Positions 60,171 through 64,000 of a stretch of 64,000 bases of DNA are shown here, piece after piece; within the stretch, counting starts at the first letter, position 1; each line of letters starts with the position of its first letter. Both the position numbers and the translations under genes were made by a program. The notes under the pieces were generated by a model. That model worked only from the letters and a program-made list of their open reading frames with translations, did not search any database and had not been told where the DNA came from. Origin of the DNA: Phyllobates terribilis (taxonomy: Eukaryota); the NCBI RefSeq assembly GCF_046119375.1, contig NW_027362765.1, positions 67,828,001-67,892,000 of the forward strand, in the 5' to 3' direction.

Positions 60171-60545
60171 TTATTAGTATAAGGTGGTCTTTCCAGAAAA
60201 CAAATTAAACTGCCACTCTGGTAGTTAGAAAATAATCAGCCATGGGCCTAGGGAAGGACTGACCTCATAATATTATGTAACTGACCTGCTAGATAGTACA
60301 AATAGACGTCTCTCTTTATCTACTTTTAGTGTGAAAATCTGATGTAGTTTTAGGTCAAATTTATGCAGAAATATGAAACATTTTGAAGGATTCATAAACT
60401 TTCAAGCACCAGTGTAAGGCTAGGTGATCTACAGAAGAAACAGAAATTGACAACTATGTTTGCCGAGGACACTGCTGTAGATACTTATTCAGATCCCCCA
60501 GTGCTTCCATATTCAGCCTATGTTTCTATTGCCTTGCATGACATA

Positions 60546-61866
60546 CAGTTGAAACCAGAAGTTTACATACACTATATAAAAAGACACATATGTATGTTTT
60601 TTCATTATCTGACATGAAAGAAGAATAAACCTTTCCCGTTTTAGTTCATTTAGAATTACAATAATTTTTAATATATGCCAAATGCCAGAATAATGAGAGA
60701 GAGAGAATGTTTTAAGGCATTTTTATTACTTACTGCAAAGTCAAAAGTTTACATGCATTTCATTAGTATTTGGTACCATTGCCCTTAAAGTGAATGACTT
60801 CGGTCAAACATTTGGGAAATCCTTCCACAAGCTTCTCAAAATAGTTGGACGGAATTTGGGCCCATTCCTCCTGACAAAACTAGTGTAACTGATCCAGGTT
60901 TGTAGGTTGCCCTGCTGGCACCTGCCTTTTCAGCTTTGCCCATAAATTTTCAATAGGATTGAGATCAGGGCTTTGTGATGGCCACTCCAAAACATTGACT
61001 TGGTTATCCTTAAGCCACTTTGTTACCATTTTGTCAGTATGCTTTGGGTCATTGTCCGTTTGGAAGACCCATCCCCGCACAAGCTTTAACTTCCTGGCTG
61101 ATTTCTTGAGATGTTGCTTCAGTATTGCCACATAATCTTCTTTTCTCATGATGCCATCTATTTTGTGAAGTGCACCAGTCCCTCCTGCAGGAAAACAACC
61201 CCGCAACATGATGCTGCCACCCCCGTGTTTCACAGTTGGGATGGTGTTCTTAGGCTTACAATCTTCTCCCTTTTCCTCCAAGTATAGCAATGGTTATTAT
61301 GCCCAAAAAGTTAAATTTTAGTTTCATCAGACCACAGGACATGTCTCCAAAAATTAAGGTCTTTGTTCCTTTGTGCATTTGCAAACATTAATCTGGCTTT
61401 TTTTATGTTTCTTTTCGAGTAATGGCTTCTTTCTGGCAGAGTGGCCTTTCAGCCCATGTTGATACAATACTCATTTCACTGTAGTTATTGACATAATCTT
61501 ACCAGTATCCACTATCATCTTCACAAGGTCTTTTGCTTTAGTCCTTGGGTTGATATGCACATGTCGGACCAAAGCACGTTCATCTCTGGGACACAGAACC
61601 CGTCTCCTTCCTGAGCGGTATGATATCTGGACATTCCCATCTTGTTTGTACTTGCGTATAATTGTTTGTACAGATGAACGAGGCACCTTCAGGTATCTTG
61701 AAAATGTAGCCAAGGATGAGCCAGACTTGTGCAAGTCCACAATTCTCTTCCTGATATCTTGGCTGATTTCTTTAGACTTTCCCATGATGCTACACAAAGG
61801 AGCAGTGTGTTTCAGGTGTGCATTAAAATACATCCACAGGTGTGTCTCTAACTCAGATAGCTTCCA
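60546..61866 (-). mobile_element. Tc1 element (same family as 12201), left end lost
   Basis: TA|CAGTTGAAACCAGAAGTTTACATACACT; ORFs 60880..61290 (TDNDPKH, SPDLNPIENLW) and 61471..61833. Confidence 0.93.
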
Positions 61867-62093
61867 AACACATGGTCACTAAACATGTGGGTCCCGTTAC
61901 TGTCGGACCTATGGAACTCACAATATTTCATATCGCAGTCGACCTGGCTACGGCTGGTGGCCGGGAATTGTTTGTGAGTGCCTTTGAACTTAACAAACCA
62001 TTTCCTCTTTCTTCCAAACTCTGGCCTGTGAGAAGGTGTCAATCTATCTAAGGTCTGTGTTAAGAGGAAATACATTTGCATTTTAGCTTGTTA

Positions 62094-62964
62094 GGTATGT
62101 GCCCACGATGCAGAAATGCTCAGGATTTTTTCCTGAGCGTTTCTGCATCTCCCTGGCAGAAAAAAACACATGCGGATTGTACATGCGTTTTTCCTGCCAG
62201 GGACATGTGGAAGTTCTTCACTTGCATTTCCGCATGCGGGTTGACAAGCGCTTTTCCAAGCGATTTTAGCATCACTTGGAAAGTGCTTGTGACAACTAGG
62301 TCACACTATATAAATCCATGCAAACAGCATGGATTTATATAGTGTGACCAGAGAGAATGTCAAAAAATAAAAAAATAAATGTATACTTACCCTCCAATGG
62401 CCCCCCGATGTCCTGCTTCACTCCGTTCTCCCTTGCCGGCAGCGGTAACTGAAGGACCTGCCGACGTCAGCGTCGCGTGACCCGTCACATGACTCTGATA
62501 TCAGCGCAGGTCCTTCATTCCATCGCGAAGTGCCGGGAAGCAAGGAGGAGCGCGCCGCGGGCCGCCAGAAGGTAGATATACATTTATTTTTTATTTTATT
62601 CTTTTTTTACAGCTTTTTTTTGGTACCTGGGTGTGGATGAGACTCTCCTGTCCTCCACACCCGGGTACCATCCGTACATTAGAACGCGCCAATTACGCAA
62701 GTACAGATGCAGTCTTGCGGAATTGGCGCGTTCTAATGCAAGTCAATGGTGGCGAAAACACAGCACTTCCGCAAAATAATTGGTAGTGCTGCGTTTTTTT
62801 CCGCAATGATAATCCGCAGCGGAAATTTCCGCAGCATGTGCACAGCACATGCGGATTATCATTGGGGAACATGGCAGGCCTTCTACCATGCGTTTTTTAA
62901 GCGTTTCTGCAGAGTTTTTGCCGCTGCGGAAACGCTTAAAAAAACGCAACGTGGGCACACAGCC
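62094..62964 (-). mobile_element. PIF/Harbinger-like MITE, inverted relative to 36724-37588
   Basis: TTA TSD at 62091-62093 and 62965-62967; its start is the reverse complement of the end of the 36.7-kb copy. Confidence 0.85.
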
Positions 62965-63974
62965 TTAGCTTGTAACACTTCATGGCCGACATGTTTGTAT
63001 GATAATTTGCAGGAAGACACTGTATAATTGTCATCTCTGGACAAACGCTACAGGAAAGGGCATGGGAGAAGGGGCTACTATTCTGTTAATATGTTACTGA
63101 CAAAAATATATAAAAAAAAATCTTACTTTTTCTCCAAAGCCATGACTTGTGTACATGACCAATCTACTCCAATATGCTCATTGCTATAGGATTGTACCTG
63201 TCAGAAAATGTATGAGATGGAATCATAATAAAATATGAGTCTGCTCTGAACATGTAACTGGAATCGATTTATCACAGACACAGGGAAACATGAACTGAAA
63301 ATATGGCTATAATCAAGTAATGAAAATTTGTAAGGCCATAACCTGGTGACCTAACACTGTAATCTCAGTCCAGAAACATGAATGCAGTCTGGTAACTGCA
63401 TAAATGTCCCGGGAGATGAGAGTCCAATAATCTAGCAGACAGAGGATAAAATAGTCCATATGCTTTTCCGTATATATTCATCCAGCAGTATTTTCAAAGT
63501 CATCCAGGTTTCTCCCATTCTCTCTAACATGTCCTCACATCATTGTCCCACACAGAATCTAACCAGTGTCTCTCCTGGCTGTGATATTTAAAATTCCCTA
63601 TCCTCATTCACAGGTCAGGTGGGAGGTGGCATTGTTGGTCCTTCAATTGCTTTACAAAATCAACAAGCTAGCCTGGTTCAATATGCCATTAGCATATTAG
63701 CAAACTGCATTATTCACTGACCCTGTGCACAGATAACAGTATAATAAGCTGTGGGAGCTGATATCATATGATAAATAACAGCTATTGATCAATTAACCAA
63801 TATCAACCCATCCTACAAGAGAAGTCAACATTAGAGGGACACAGAGCAACAAGAGAACACTATGAAAATCAGTAATATATAAATATACACAAAATGATAC
63901 CCACATACCATATCACACCATCACAACCATATAAATAGTAATATAATTCCAATGCAATGTTATTGAAAAATAAT

Positions 63975-64000
63975 AAAATCATTTTTATTCTTAGCAGATG
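63975..64000 (+). other. Probable acceptor of the final (C2H2 finger) exon, tandem TAG/CAG
   Basis: TTTTTATTCTTAGCAGATG; phase 1 gives (A)D..., as expected for this family. The fingers themselves lie outside the window. Confidence 0.55.

Overview
Eukaryotic DNA, almost certainly amphibian (anuran) judging from the host gene and the transposon families; most of the window is repeat-derived. One host gene is supported: a + strand KRAB-like/FAX-type (XlCOF-like) zinc-finger gene. It has five coding exons (35051-35128, 35254-35433, 35517-35640, 35724-35818, 56957-57047), a probable non-coding first exon ending at 18628, and a zinc-finger exon that appears to start in the last bases of the window. 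Its large introns hold an 8.5-kb 82-bp tandem array, hAT and Tc1 relics, MITEs, and a full-length CR1 LINE. Nested in that CR1 is an apparently intact Ty3/Gypsy retrotransposon (41274-49142, minus strand). Upstream lie a defective Tf1/sushi-type chromovirus inside a 31-bp minisatellite, a 21-bp minisatellite, a young 5'-truncated CR1, and a Penelope-like insert carrying a hammerhead ribozyme motif. The best leads are the hammerhead insert, the self-priming and frameshift-pseudoknot signals, the chimeric LTRs, and a composite transposon module repeated on both sides of the KRAB/FAX exon cluster. Family names come from motif recognition; no database search was run.
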